Counted from the stretch's first letter, positions 38,801-52,600 are shown. The stretch: DNA of 64,000 nucleotides from Stegostoma tigrinum (GCF_030684315.1 NC_081365.1:56908481-56972480), one strand, 5' to 3'. Notes: a model not told the origin generated them from the letters alone. Program-made: numbers and translations.

Positions 38801-41164
38801 TGCTTCACCATACTGAACTGTTATTGGTATAACCTTTACCTTTTCTGCAGCACAATAACTTCATTCTACTTCTGCACTGTGTTTGATATTAAGGAAATGC
38901 TATGCCTTAAGAGATTTTCAATCTTGTGTTCTATATGGTCCATCTTTGACCATGCATTTGCTTTGAGGTATGATGTCATTTTTTCTTACTTCTCAATGTG
39001 CTGATGAATCTTCTTATTGTAAAGTTATTATAAATCTGTAGCATCTCAATTTTGCTTGGACTCTTCTGTTCCTTAAACTTGTATTCTTTTATTCACATAT
39101 GCTATGTAAAAATTCTCTTCTCCACAGGTTCAAGAATTCTTCAAATGACAATGCTGCAATGTTTTCTTTGATTGTTACTACTTTTTCAAAGATTAATTTG
39201 TGTAATACTGTATTTTACTATTCAACATTTTTAAAAATTACAGTAACTATATATTCTTTTATGATTTACTGCTTTCAAACATTTCAATCTGTTTCTTTGT
39301 GATCCCTTCACTACTTAGAGTTTCCTGCCTTTCTCAGGACTCCCCTGTCACTTTAAACGATCCAATCAGTGGTGAACTACATATTCCAGGATTTTTTTGG
39401 TCTTCTGCAGCTAAGATAGATTTGTTTTTGCTTTGTCCTGAGTAAAATAGGCATTTTCCTGTCTTTCATGATTTAAGACTGGAAACTTTCATAAATTTTC
39501 TTGCTAAAATCACGGTGTATTTACTGAGTCTAAGTTCTTTTAAATCCACCAGACTTTTCATCTTCTGCCTGACTCTTTCACTAGATTGTGTTATATTTTC
39601 TGGTATTCAACTTAATACATTGTGTTATTTTACTGAGTCTGTAGTTCTGGTCTATATTTCTCTTTTAGGACATGCACTGTTCTTTGCAGCTGCACCGGTG
39701 AAACACAATGCTGATGGTGGCAATGCGCAATGAGTGAGGTGAAAACTCTCTTTTACTCTGCTCTGCTTTTCCTTTTAGGTCTTTTATTAATTTTCATTCT
39801 CTTTGCCTGTGGAGATCTCTAACGTTACCTCCAAGAGTATTCAGTTGCTCGTTACAAAGTCTCCTTTCCTAAAGCCTTTGTATTTTCTGTGTGGGTGGCT
39901 TTGTTCTCTTTGGCTAGCCTACACTGTTGCTTCTTACCAATGTCTGAATAAAGTTCTGCCTTTGCAGAGCTGAATGTACTTGTGTGCTGCATCTCTCTCA
40001 CGGCTGCAAATTCACTGGCTTCAATATTTGTTCTTTTCTTGTGGATTTTCTTTTCTCGTGAAAGAGGTCAGATTTGCATGCTCACGACTATACAATATTT
40101 CCCCAAATATCCACTCCCTGTCCCTCTACCAGTGAGGTTGTTTTGAGTTAATTTGCTGCCACCGGTCTGTCTGTATCTTTTCTTCACTGTGAGCCCATGT
40201 ACTAATTAGTGATTAGAAGGCTTATTGCATAATACCAGTAATTACAACCAGTTTTCGGTCAGGCGTGATCACTGGAACCCGAGGGAGCTGAGGCACACGT
40301 CTTGACTTCTGAGTATTTGACAAACAGTTCTAAAGATAAACAATTTGAAATTGAATACATAAATACACTTCAGTTTGTGTTGGCTTACCATGAATTTTTG
40401 GGTTTTAGTTTGGTTTGTTAATTTATTTTAAACAAGAGCATCTCGCGAGCACCATGACAGACAGGTGCGGTGCATTTCTTTACATCATTCAACATTTCTC
40501 AGTTTTGTAATTTGTCAGTGACAAAATTTCATTGAAAATTATTTTTTGCTGACGGAACAATGCAAATCTGGCTCTGATCCAGAGCAGCCATCCCATTTCT
40601 ATTCACAAATCAATGAAATATTATCCTCAAACTGACTCTTTTCATAAAGGTGTAAAGTTATTAACATTTAAATTTATTAATGTTTAATAAAAATTCATTC
40701 AATCTCTCAAGTAATCACCGTAGTGTCTCTGTACCTTGTCTGTGATTAGAATATCAAATCAAGGCTGTGGAAATGAAGTCCCAAAGCAGATTTCTGCCTG
40801 GAACCTCCAACCTTGTTTCTGAATGTCTAACATCTTTCCCTGTTGGATATGTGATACCACTGAAACCTGACTGTACTAACAACATTATTTCAGAATCCTT
40901 CTTATATTCCTAAATTGAAAATTAATGAGGTGAGTTGGGGTGGCAGGGGGAAAGCATGGAACTGAAAGTGAAGTCATGTGTAGAGAAGGGGCAGCAAAAT
41001 GATACCAAAACCTTGTATATTGAATAGGGAGGAAGAGGTATTGGAATTTGTACTCCTGTCCTCTAATGGTGAAGGTGACAGAACAAATAGTGCTTCCCAG
41101 TCTGAGATCAATAGATTTTTGATAACTAAGGCTATTAATAATAACAGTAATAACTGCGGTCAAG

Positions 41165-41300
41165 AAAGCAAAGTCAATGTTTTGGTTCTGAAGAAGAGTC
41201 ACTGGAGTTAAAATATTAACTGGATTTCTTTCCACAGATGCTGCCAGACCTGCTGACTTTCTCTAGCAGTTTCTGTTTCAATTTCTAGTATCCACAGTAC
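41165..41300 (+). mobile_element. Old Penelope terminal-repeat fragment
   Basis: ctgaagaagagtcactgga...acagatgctgccagacctgctga; related to 34511-34606, 57535-57665 and 61880-61960. Confidence 0.6.
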
Positions 41301-43484
41301 TCAGTATTCCAAAAGATCAATGCTAGTTATGCATGGACTCTCATTTTCAATGCACTCAGCCACCTGTTAGAGTATCATGCCTACAATAAATTTAATTTAA
41401 TCACATGTTTTTGGTAGCATTCCTTCCATTCCTTCCTTCTGTTTTGGCAAATAGGGCAAAGATATTTGGGTGAGAGGGCAAATACATTTGTAGAAGGAGG
41501 AACAACGTTGGTGCAAAGCTGCCTGACCACATGACTGGGGGAATTCTAAGTTCAGGAATTTACAATTTAAAAACAGTTGGAAGATTTGGCTAAGTCAGCA
41601 GAAGACAAACATAAAGTCGCCATCATCCTACCAGATCATAGGGCTGCTCTCTTATTACAGACAGAGAGGGAGACAGAGATGATCGATGGTGTCACCCTGA
41701 ATCACAAACCAGCTGTCCAGCCAACCAAACTGACCAACCCCCAACCCCCTCCCCACAGGGAAATGGTTAACTGCAATGAGGAAAAGTAATCATTCTACAA
41801 ACAACTGACGTATTTAATAACACATTCTGATATCAACTCTGACCATAGGCAGGTGACAAAGTGTATTGCCCTCTGTGGCCATGCTATGATGAGAGTTGGT
41901 CCCCATCATTTCGCATTTGAAATCATAAGGAGATAGCATATTGATCGCAGGTCATGCATGCTTACCGACAGGATTAGAGCTAAATGGCATTATTTTCACC
42001 ATGGTGCCACCTTGTGAACATAGCATGCTGATGCATTCTGAAAAAATTTATAAAGGTGCATGCTTTTCTGTCATCCAGATCAGGATGAAACAAAATTACT
42101 CCAAATAATCATTGGGACAATCAAAACTGTTGCCTCTAGCTTCTGGCAGACGTTCTGCTCTCGAGGCATCAATATTAGCTCTCTCCATGGCTCTGTCTGA
42201 AATTTATCACATTGTTCACATACTTGCCATCTTATTTGACCTTGAGCTGAACTTCTGCCCCCACCCCCCATGTCTTGGACAACATGAAAGACTTTCTATA
42301 AATGCACGTTGTTGTTCCTGAGAGAGTGAAAAAAATGTTACAGACAGTTTCCTGAAGAAGGTACACTGTAAAACCAGTATTTTTCAACAATGTACTGCAC
42401 TTTAAAGTCGCAAAGGAGTGAAAGGCACAGAAAATATTCACAATAAGAAAGGAGGTAGAACTGTGTTTCTGTGCATTGCAGACCAGTCAAATCATAATCT
42501 CCATCATTCCTTGAACTACACAGACTTCCATCTATAAGATAAAGTCATTTTGCACTCATACTATGCAAGTACAGTCAATCACAAGTCAGGGAAGGTTCAA
42601 TTTGTCACAATAAAGCATGCTTATATCAAGACATCTTGTCAGAAAGACACCTGTCCACAATTACTAATTGATCCCAGAGTCAACACAGGGACAAATTGCT
42701 TCTAAACCACATGCTTTTAAGTGTAAAAAGCTATAAAGCATTGCAGGGTAACTTTCTAATAACTACAAGCAAAATCTATTAGACAACAAGCAATTCGATA
42801 TCTCACTCTGATGACCTTAGTTTACTTCCGATCACAGTCTTTGCACTGTAATAAAAAAAAGAAGACTTGCTTAGAAGAATAATGGTATGCTGGTATTAGG
42901 AAATAAGTCCCATGAAAAGATTAAAGAAAATGTATGTGCCTAATTAACTTCTAATGTGGCAGCCTGAATTCACAGGACATCTTTGTCGGTCAACCTTTAA
43001 ACATTGTGCCTCCATAATTTAACAGAGCAACCTGAATGGATTTGCCCTATTTTTGACTTTTACTGGCATTTGTGATGGAGAATTATTAGACTCTGATTTA
43101 TATACTTGGTTAAGTACGACAGAAATAAAACGTGTGCCATCAAATGAATTCAGTGTAATAGGTGTAAGTTTTAGATGTACTTTTTTAAAAAATGTCTTTT
43201 ATAAGGTGTGAGGCATCACTGGAAAGGCCAGCACTTATTGCCTTGCCCTAATTGCCCTTGAACTGAGTAGTTTGCTCAGCCATTTCAGGGTCAACCAGAT
43301 TGCTGTCAATCTGGAAGCACATGCAGACCAGACGAGGTGAGGATGGCAGATATCTTTTCTTGAAGGACATTAGAAAACCATGCATCGGCTGCCCTTATGG
43401 TAGGGGACATCAATTTAGACCGTGGTGTTAAAGGTGTCTTGCTGGGTGTCTGCAGTTCATCTTGTGCTTGGTCCACACTACTAC

Positions 43485-43643
43485 CACCGTGCATCAGTGG
43501 TAGAAGGATTGGTGCCAATTAAGTGGGCTGTTTTGTCCAGGATGGTGTCAAATTTGTTAAATGTTCACCGCGCATCAGTGGAAGGATTGGTGCCAATTAA
43601 ATGGGCTGTTTTGTCCAGGATGGTGTCAAATTTGTTAAATGTT
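43485..43643. repeat. Tandem duplication (81 + 78 bp) within a decayed SINE/LINE block (about 43200-43930)
   Basis: caccg(t/c)gcatcagtgg(tag)aaggattggtgccaattaa...tttgttaaatgtt occurs twice; duplicated peptide visible in ORF 43422..43706. Confidence 0.9.
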
Positions 43644-45170
43644 GTTGGAGCTACATTCATTCAGGCAGTGGAGAGTATTCCATCACACCTCTCAATTGTA
43701 CCTTGAATGTAAGGAGGACAGACTTTCAGAAGTTAGGAGGTGAGTTACATTTTGCAGAATTCTTAGTGTTGGCCTGCTCTTGTAGCTATTGTATTTATAT
43801 AGCTGGCCCAATTCAGTTTCTAATCAATTGCACCGCCCAGGAGATTGATAGTAGGGGTGCACAGATGATGATACCAATGACTGCCAAGGGAATGTGGATA
43901 GATTCCCTTTCGTTGGAGATGGTTATGACATCAGTGTGTATGACTGAGTCTGTGATTGTCCAGATACGGTATGAGACCAACAGTTATGTTGCTACTGCCT
44001 TGTATCTTTTTGGTTGAGAATCAAGAAGTCCTACACTCTTAAGCTTATCCAAACAGTAATCCATATGCATGAGACATTGATTCTGAGAGTTTAACAAAAG
44101 GGATATTTATTTTTCCATAAAAAGGTGGGAAGGTAGCAAATGATTAGATGTCTCCTAGAATAGGAACTAAAACAGTGCAACTGAACAGCTTTATGCCTTT
44201 TAATGTTCTTGAGTAGTGTATTTTATCAAGTTACTACTCATTTACCTATTTCAAATATGACGTAGAAAGTTACACAGCACTGGGGAGTGGGTGCAAAGTT
44301 TTTTTTCAAACTGTCTACATACTAGTTATGTGAATCAATGCAAGTGGCTGTTAATTTGCTAGGAAGTTTGGCTGAGGTTCAGGTCATGTTACCTCCTAAC
44401 TTGGAACATAATGTCAGTTTAAGTTTTGGCCCACAACTGGACAACAAAGCACAGAGGCAACCTGGTAACTTGAACAATTTAAATTAATTGAAAATTTATT
44501 TATTTTTTGTTAAAGTAAATGAGTATTGGGGAAATTGTTCTAACAAAAAAAAATGCCAACTATATTTAGAGAATGTATTTTGTCGCTGTGGAGCAACCAG
44601 GAAAAGACAAGACGTGTTCTCTTTGGTTTTTCATTGCACCACTGAGAATGAAATAGATGTATTTACATTGTTTTTTTTTGTTTATTCCATCAAACACTTA
44701 GATTGAGACTGCACCTCCTGATATTACATGCATTTAAGTGGAATAAGTTGCTTCAATATTAGACACTCCAATTTAAGTTGTGCTTTCCATTTCTATGACT
44801 TGAAATTGAGTCTTTCTGTTTAAAAAGTGAATTCCCTTTGTCAATTTGTGAAGCTTCAGTTTATGAAACTGACATTTGGAAGATCTGAAATTCAGTTTCT
44901 ATAGCTGCCTTTATGTTGCTCTGATGTCTGAGCCAGTCAGAGTTCAATTCAGCAAGTAGCTTGGAAAGAACTGCTACAAGTGCATCTTTAGGGCTGTAAA
45001 CAGCTACACAACAGCCGCAAGTTAGAATGATGCATCACTGATACGGGTCTTAGAGCAAGATAGACCACGTGTAATACTATCCCTATTTCTATGAGCTTTC
45101 AGTTTTATACTTAACAAGAACATTGCACACCTTTTTAAGATGTATGTGCAGTTTTAATAGTAGTACTTAC

Positions 45171-45231
45171 TTGATATAGTAGGGTACTTTGTTGGGTGAT
45201 ATCGCCCGCTCCCAAGGACCCTGGACAGAAG
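45171..45231 (-). CDS. DMD: Dystrophin internal exon equivalent to human exon 62 (N-terminal half of WW domain)
   Basis: 61 nt, tattttcag acceptor and gtaagt donor; (T)SVQGPWERAISPNKVPYYI(N), dystrophin-type rather than utrophin-type. Confidence 0.96.
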
Positions 45232-45789
45232 CTGAAAATAAGAAACCAAAGAGAAAAAGGTTAAGCTGAAAGTAAATAAGAAGAATACGTTAATCCTTAA
45301 AATGACTATTTTTACACTCAGCTCAGCAGATCTTCATCTATTTGCTCAGCTGCCCATGAAGAAGGGAAGGATTAACTTAGTGGACTGAGAAATTTTTCTA
45401 CAACCTGCTTGAAATTGAACTCTTTCAACCACAAAAATAAGGGTTGAGCTCATGGTTTGCAAACCAGGAGAATCAATAATTACAGCACACATTGCTTTTA
45501 ATGCCACCATCACATTTTGCAGCAGGGAAAGCAAACAATAAAAGCATGTTTAATAATTGACCAGTGAGACAGTCAAGGAATGTTTCATCCCATGCTATTG
45601 TTATTATAACTTTAGTATCAGTATGACACAAAAGACAAAAAAACAAACTTCCTATAAAATATGATGAATAAAGCCACCTCAAAGCAAAGTAAAGTTCACT
45701 GCTGTTGTTTAACTAGGTATTTATTCTGCCAGAAATTGCAAGTATGTAAGTATTCAAATGTAAAATCAAAATCTTTGAAGGTCACAATT

Positions 45790-46635
45790 TCAGTCGTTCC
45801 AGATTAAACCTTTGATTAAGGCTATTCTGGCTCACTGACATGGCTGAGAAAGTGGTTGAGTGGCAGTCGACAGAAAGTAGGAATAATGGGGAGGTACTCA
45901 AATTGGCAGGTTGTGACCAGTGACATCCCATAAGGATCGGTGTTAGTGCTTCACTTATTCACCTTAGTTATTAATGAATTGGATAATGCCATAAGAATTT
46001 GCTGATGATACAAAAGTTAGACAGCATTACTGACAGTGTAGATGATTGCATTAAATTACAAAGGGATATTGATAGACTAGGTGAATGGGCAAAACTGTAC
46101 CAGATAGAGTTCAATGTAAGCAAGTGAAATTTTATCCATTTTGGACCGATAAGGGATATATCTGGGCTCTTTCCAGATGGTTTGAAGTTAAATACAGTGG
46201 ATGCCCAAAGAGACTTGGGAGTTCAGGTACATTGACTTTTCAAATGCTACAGTTAGGTGCAAAAAAAAATCAAGAAAGCTAATGGAATGCTGACATAACA
46301 AGGTGTCGAGCTGGATGAGCTCAGCAGGCCAGGCAGCATTAGAAGAACAGGAAAGCTGACGTTTCGGTTCTGCAGAAAAATCAGAATGCTGGCCTTTATA
46401 CCAAGAGAACTGGAGTACAATTTTACTGAAATAGGTTTATAGGAATGATATCGGGACTTCAGGGTGAAGTTATGAAGGGAGATTATACAAAGCAGGCCTG
46501 TTTTCTCTAGAATTTAAAAGGTCAAGGGGTGATCTCATCAAAGTCATCAAGATATTGACACGAAAAGACAGGGTTGGTAAAGATAAACTATTTCCACTGG
46601 TTGGGGATTATAGAACTGGGGGGGCATAGTCTGCA
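45790..46635 (+). mobile_element. CR1 fragment with Penelope terminal fragment inserted (about 46293-46383)
   Basis: tttgctgatgatacaaa (FADDT); insert flanked by gaatgctg repeats. Confidence 0.75.
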
Positions 46636-47334
46636 AATTATGGCGAGCAGTATCTGCTTCTGCTACCATTTGGGCAGCCAATGTGATGATCCAAATCCCA
46701 TTCACTCTACTGCTCACCCTAAAACTACCCACAATTTGTGTCATAACAATGTTCGCTCTAAATCGTGTGGCCATGCAGCAATCAGGGAGTTCCTACAAAG
46801 GCAAAGCAGAAGTTGGTCCTATTTAAAGAACCTGCACAAAAACGTAAAGGGCATGCACTCTTAAATAAATTACCTCCAGCTGAGGAAAATCTAGGCTAGG
46901 ATGTGAAAGTCAATGAAACAACTTTATCGTCGATTTCTATCCATGATCCCAGTTACTACTCTGTACCACTTTGAATTCTGTCTGATTTGGAGTTTGCCAA
47001 AAGACAGCATCCCCAGTATATATCTGAGACATATTTTTTCTAACCTGTTCTTCTTGCACTCATCAGGACATTCACAAGAATGCCAATGTAAAGTGTCATG
47101 ATGCCTGCTGATGGTAATACTGAGACAAATCAGTTTCCAGAGTGAAGCCTGGTTTTGCAATGAGTATTATATTAGCAATTTGATTACCAAGGGAGTTCCG
47201 TCATTGAACATATTCACAAAAAGCAGTTCTGTTAACAGAAGAATATAGTTTATTACACAAAATGAAAGGAAAAAAAAACTATATTTAAAATAAATGGAAA
47301 TGTCTTACCATAAACGGTGAACTCAATGATTCAA

Positions 47335-48312
47335 GATAACAAAGTGTGGAGCTGGATGAACACAGCAGGCCAAGCAGCATTACACTTCCGCTATCTACAA
47401 TCCGACCCCATGACCAAAGACATTTTTCCATCCCCACCCTTTTCTGCTTTCTGGAGGGACCACTCTCTCCGTGACTCCCTTGTCCGCTCCATACTCCCCT
47501 CCAACCCCACCACACCCGGCACTTTCACCTGAAACCGCAGGAAGTGCTACACTTGCCCCCACACCTCCTCCCTCTCCCCCATCCTAGGCCCCAAGAAGAC
47601 TTTCCAGATCAAGCAGATGTTCACCTGCACATCTGCCAATGTGGTATACTGCATCTGCTGTACCTGGTGTGGCCTCCTCTACAGGGGGGAAACCAAGCGG
47701 AGGCTTGGGGACCGCTTTGCAGAACACCTACGCTCGGTTCGCAACAGCACCTCCCAGGCGTGAACCATTTCAACTGCCCCTCTCATTCCTTAGACGACAT
47801 GTCCATCCTGGGCCTCCTGCAATGCCAAAATGATGCCACGCGAAGGTTGCAGGTACAGCAACTCATATTCTACTTGGGAACCCTGCAGCCTAATGGTATC
47901 AATGTGGATTTCACAAGCTTCAAAATCTCCCCTCCCGCTACTGCATCCCAAAACAGGTTAGGAAACTAACCTCCATTTCCTACCTACTAACCTCATCCCG
48001 CCCCCTTGACCCGTCCATCCTCCCCGGACTGACCTATCCCCTCCCTACCTCCCCACCTACACTCTCCTCGACTGGCTCCATCCCTGCCTCTTTAACTTGT
48101 CTGTCTCCTCTCCACCTGTCTTCTCCTCCATCCATCTTTGGTCTGCCTACCTTTCTCTCTCTATTTATTTCAGAATCCTCTCCCCATCCCCCTCTCTGAT
48201 GAAGGGTCTAGGCAGCTTTTGTGCTCCTGAGATGCTGCTGGGCCTGTTGTGTTCATTCAGCTCCACACCTTGTTAACTCGGATTCTCTAGTATCTGCAGT
48301 TCCCATTATCTC
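47335..48312 (+). mobile_element. 5'-truncated Penelope-like element with GIY-YIG endonuclease pseudogene and inverted 5' terminal piece
   Basis: Frames give KCYTC...FTCTSANVVYCICCTWCGLLYRGETKRRLGDRFAEH...NHFN...H...QQLIFYLGTLQPNGIN; 3' terminal repeat; inverted repeat piece at 47332-47380; TSD tcaatgattcaa at 47323-47334 and 48317-48328. Confidence 0.9.
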
Positions 48313-48339
48313 CAAGTCAATGATTCAATTCTTTTTCCC

Positions 48340-49005
48340 AGCGATATCCTGTGCATATCCTCAGCTGCAGTGAAGTATCACTCCTTTGCAGATGCAACAG
48401 GTGGGGAAGAAGGCAAATGGTGTGTTGGCCTTCATAGTGAGAGGGTTCCACTACAGGAGCAGGGATGTCTTGCTACAGCTGTACACTGCATTTGTGAGAC
48501 CACACCTGCAGTATCATCTGCAGATTTGGTCACCTTATTTGAGGAAAGATGTTCTGACTATTGGGGGGAGTGCCAAAAAAGTTTACAACACTGATTCCTG
48601 GGATGGAAAGACTGATATATGTGGAGAGACTGGATTGGTTTGGACTGTATTTTGGAGAGCTCAGAAGACTGAGAGGGAGCATCTGAAACCTGAACATTCT
48701 AACAGGATTAGACAGGGTAGATGCAAGAAGGATGTTCTCAATGACTGGGGAATCCAGAACCAGGGATCACAATCTAAGAACAAGGGCTAAGTCTTTTAGG
48801 ACAGAGATCAGAAGGAACCTCTTCACCAAGAGAGTCACAAGTTTAAGGAGTTTTCTGCCACTGTAAACATCGAAGATTTTCAAGAAAGATGGTGACATAG
48901 TTCTTAGGACTAAATAAATCAAAGAAAATGGGGAGAAAGCAGGAGCATGCTACTGAGTTGGAGGAGGCTTGGATACTGATTGGCCTGTTCCTGTTCCTAT
49001 ATTCA
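48340..49005 (+). mobile_element. CR1 LINE 3' fragment
   Basis: ORF 48386..48790 (KKANGVLAFIVRG, LYTAFVRPHLQY, WSPYLRKD). Confidence 0.85.
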
Positions 49006-49602
49006 ATGTGTCTCTCTTCACTCTTACATTGCTTACTTAATTGATGAGGTTGTAAGTGTTTCCTTTTGGGGATTTTCTGCATAGGCACCAAATATGAATC
49101 TCTCAATCTCTTTCTGAGACACGCAGGGGGGAGCAATTCACTGACTTTTCTCTGATTAGGACTACATTGAGACTGCTGAACAGTATGTCTGCTGGTAGGA
49201 TATTTTATTCTGTACTGAATCTGCTTCTCGTCTTCTTTCTCAAGTCATAAAAGATCAACATAGTAAACACTTCAACAGTTAATACATGAGGTAGCTTCTT
49301 TTGTCATTTTACTTCAGTCACATTTGAAACAAAAAATAATTTTTAAAAAATTCTGATCCACAAAAGTAAAACAAGAGCTCAAAAAAAATGGAAGGTTTCT
49401 CTTCGTGAGGTGAGAATCAAAGTAATTGGAAAGTAAAATACGTTAAATGAATCTTTTGGATTTCATACTCCAGGCTGTATTAAATGTGTACACTCTTGTG
49501 AATGGAAAATTATAGACTTTTAACCAATTGTTTTATATGTAAAAAGCACTTTCAGAATGTGATTGGGGGATCACTTCAGAATTTCACACATCCAGTACTT
49601 AC

Positions 49603-49681
49603 TGGACAGGAAGTGTTGCGATGTCGGACCAAAATCCCTATGTGCTTCATGCAACTGCTTCAAGCGTTCATCTATAGATAT
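49603..49681 (-). CDS. DMD: Dystrophin internal exon equivalent to human exon 61 (end of spectrin repeat 24/hinge 4)
   Basis: 79 nt, ctttcttttcag acceptor and gtaagt donor; [26 protein letters not shown]; within ORF 49571..49822. Confidence 0.95.
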
Positions 49682-52600
49682 CTGAAAAGAAAGAGAAGGA
49701 ACTATTAGAATGTCTGAAAGGATGTATGCAGCCACTATCTTTATCAGTTGTAAAACAACAATTCTCATTGACAAGGTTGCCAAGGAGTTAAAATGTAAAT
49801 ATCTTGGTACATCAATCTTCACTTTCTGTGACCAATAATTTTCATCTAATTTTCTTCCCTTTAGGTAAAAGCTTTAGACAAACTCTAAGAAAAATAACTT
49901 TAAAAATCACTGAGAGAGTAACTAATTTCTGCTGTAATGAGATTTTTCTTCCTTTGTCCTCCCAGCTTCCTTATTTAATGAGATGAAAGAATATAAATAC
50001 ATGTTTAGAAATGTTGACATGAAGAGTTACTGAGCATTTATGGGTACAGTGATACAACCCCTGGCCAAAAATGAAAATTTTAACTTACGTTTACTGTAAA
50101 TTTGGCTCGAAGATGGGAATTTTGAAAAAAAGAAGGCAACAGTTTCCCACTTTTTGTTAGATAGCTACGTAGGAAGTACAGTGCACTGTACACTACTTCA
50201 ATAATGTGCCTTCATCACAGCCTCAAAAGAGTGCCTCTCTTCCTGTCCTTCACTGGCTCTCAACCAATGGCAACATTTCCCATGACTCGGCTGCCTCTTA
50301 GGTTTTCTGACTGAGTTTGCTAAGTCAATGCCATATTAGGGAATCCTGTGCTGCTAGCTGAAAGAAGCCTGCACTCTATCTTCTACACTGGCTTTACATC
50401 CAATTCCAGAACTAAAAGTTAACATATTGTTCTGAGTTACTTGAATTGCTAATTCTTGTTTGCAGACTGCATTGATACTTAGAGTGCCAATGAGCAATAG
50501 AGACTGGAGACTGGAGTCAGCATTGTATGAATTGGTTAAATTATTCTGGTTTTCCACCATCAAGTAAGATAGGTACAGATACTGAATAGAATGCAAAGTG
50601 GTCCCAACTTTCACACTGCAACAAATGATAACATTAATAATTTTGTGAGTAACATAAGGGATTTAGTTGATAATAGTTATAAAAATTACTGCGAGCATTT
50701 TACATAGCTATGCAATTAGAATGGGAGAGAGAGGGACAGTGAAGGATGCTATGTAATATTGGTAACACATTTTAACACCTGCTCCTTTCACTGCTATTTT
50801 AGTGAAGATACAAACCTGTTCATTTCATATCAACAATATTTTGCATACAATGTAACACCACAGGAGGGGGTCTTGTGATAGTGGTAATGCACCTACCTCT
50901 GTGCCACAAGTTCCAGGTTCAAGTATTGCCTGCCCAAGATGTGTCACAGCATTTCCAAACAGGTTGATTAACATAAAACCACCAACTTCATCAGAAATCA
51001 TCAGCTTGATGCTAATGAGTTGACGCCAGTTACCAAGCTTAACTTTGCAGTAACACCATTCACCAAACTAGGCAAGTCTTCGTAGAATGATAGAATGGTT
51101 ACAGCACAGAAGGAAGCCATGTAGTCTATTGAATATGTGCCAAATCTCTATCAGAGTGATTCTGTTAGTTACAATCTCCTTCCTTTTCCTCTTGAAAAGC
51201 ATAGCTGTCAGCCTGGGTTTGTGGCGGAATAGGAGAATACCAACACAAGGGAATGTTTTACTTGACTGCAGTCTCACTAAACTGGCCGGTTCACTGTTGT
51301 ATGCATTAGTAATGCACAGGCCTTGAGTAACTAAATCCCATCTTCACATCGAGGACACACCACATGTGTCACATTGAATTATATGAAATAGTACATATGG
51401 TTCATTAAGTACTGGTGAAAATTTGGCAACTGAGGCCATATGGGCCATCAACAGCAGGATTCTATATTAGTAAAATCACAGTCCAGCAAATCTCTAATCC
51501 CTCCTCCATCGTCATCAAATGGATGATCAACCTTGGTTAAATCAAGAGTATTGATGACTCTGCCACTTGTAACAGAAGGCAAAGCTCAAAATCATCCTGC
51601 CCTGGTGAAATATATGTACACACTGAACAGCAGATCATCACGCTACAGATAGAGAGCAGTGATTTCATAACTGTTGAAACCTTTGATCATGGAGTTCAAA
51701 CATCTTCTCTCTGTGAACCCTAGGTATGGTGTGACCGTTATTGATTGTGCCCAAGTTCCCAACAAGAGTAACAAGCCAAAGTGTTCAGTGGATAAATCAT
51801 CGCAAAACAGCAGGCCTAACATCCTAACACACTGAATTCAATTGAGGGGCTATTAAAGACAGATACAGACTGAAGATCATTGCAAATCAATAATGCCAGG
51901 ATAGCAAAAACTCAATGCTAATGGTTGCAAAGATGTTGCAAATTTAAGGAAAAGTCTCTTTCTATCATAGAGAATTTGGTCTTGTACTGAAGCAGGCAGG
52001 TGGCATGTACATGCATGCAGTCATTGATCTTCCCCCTTTCAAGAATAACAAATTATTCTTCTTTCTTCTCCTGCAAGTCAGCATCCGAGAAGGTGAAGAA
52101 TTTCAGACAGTGAGCAAAACACGTATCTAATTCAGCTAATTCAGATGTTATTAGTGCAACCCACCAATTAGAAGAAGCCCAAGAAAGTAAAAGGCTGGGG
52201 TCACAATAACTTTCGGAGTCACATGCAATGCTGTAATTATCCTAGTGCCAGACTTCAACCATCTTCACTTGCAATGTTTATCAATGACCTTTCTTTCATC
52301 GTGAGGCTGAATAATTTAATTTCCCTGATTGCAATCAGAGAAATCCTATCCACTTCATACGGCCTCAGACAAGATACAGAAGCCATCCACGTCTGCACGC
52401 AACAAGACCTGAACAATATTCCATTTTGAGCTGATAACTGACATGTAACATTCAGGTGCCACACAATGACCAACATCTACAAAACCTCCTCATGGATCCG
52501 ATCGGGTCGGAGTTGGGTGTTATGCAAGTGTTGATAGATCAAGGGTGGTCAAATCATCTAAGGGGTAGGGTTATCAGGTCTGGAGAGTGCCAGTGGCTGG

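Larger units (their letters stand above)
34703..40300 (-). mobile_element. Heavily decayed Ty3/Gypsy LTR retrotransposon with nested insertions
   Basis: Diverged direct repeats near 34725-34795 and 40223-40295; 3' LTR 34703-34928 preceded on the minus strand by PPT ggggaaaga; PBS-like ACA|TGGGCTCACAGTG at about 40185-40200; LYWPRM integrase H2C2-type motif at 36202-36219; purine-rich minus strand. Confidence 0.62.

Noticed and set aside
40660-40692. AT-rich imperfect palindrome
   Set aside because: Low complexity; expected by chance.
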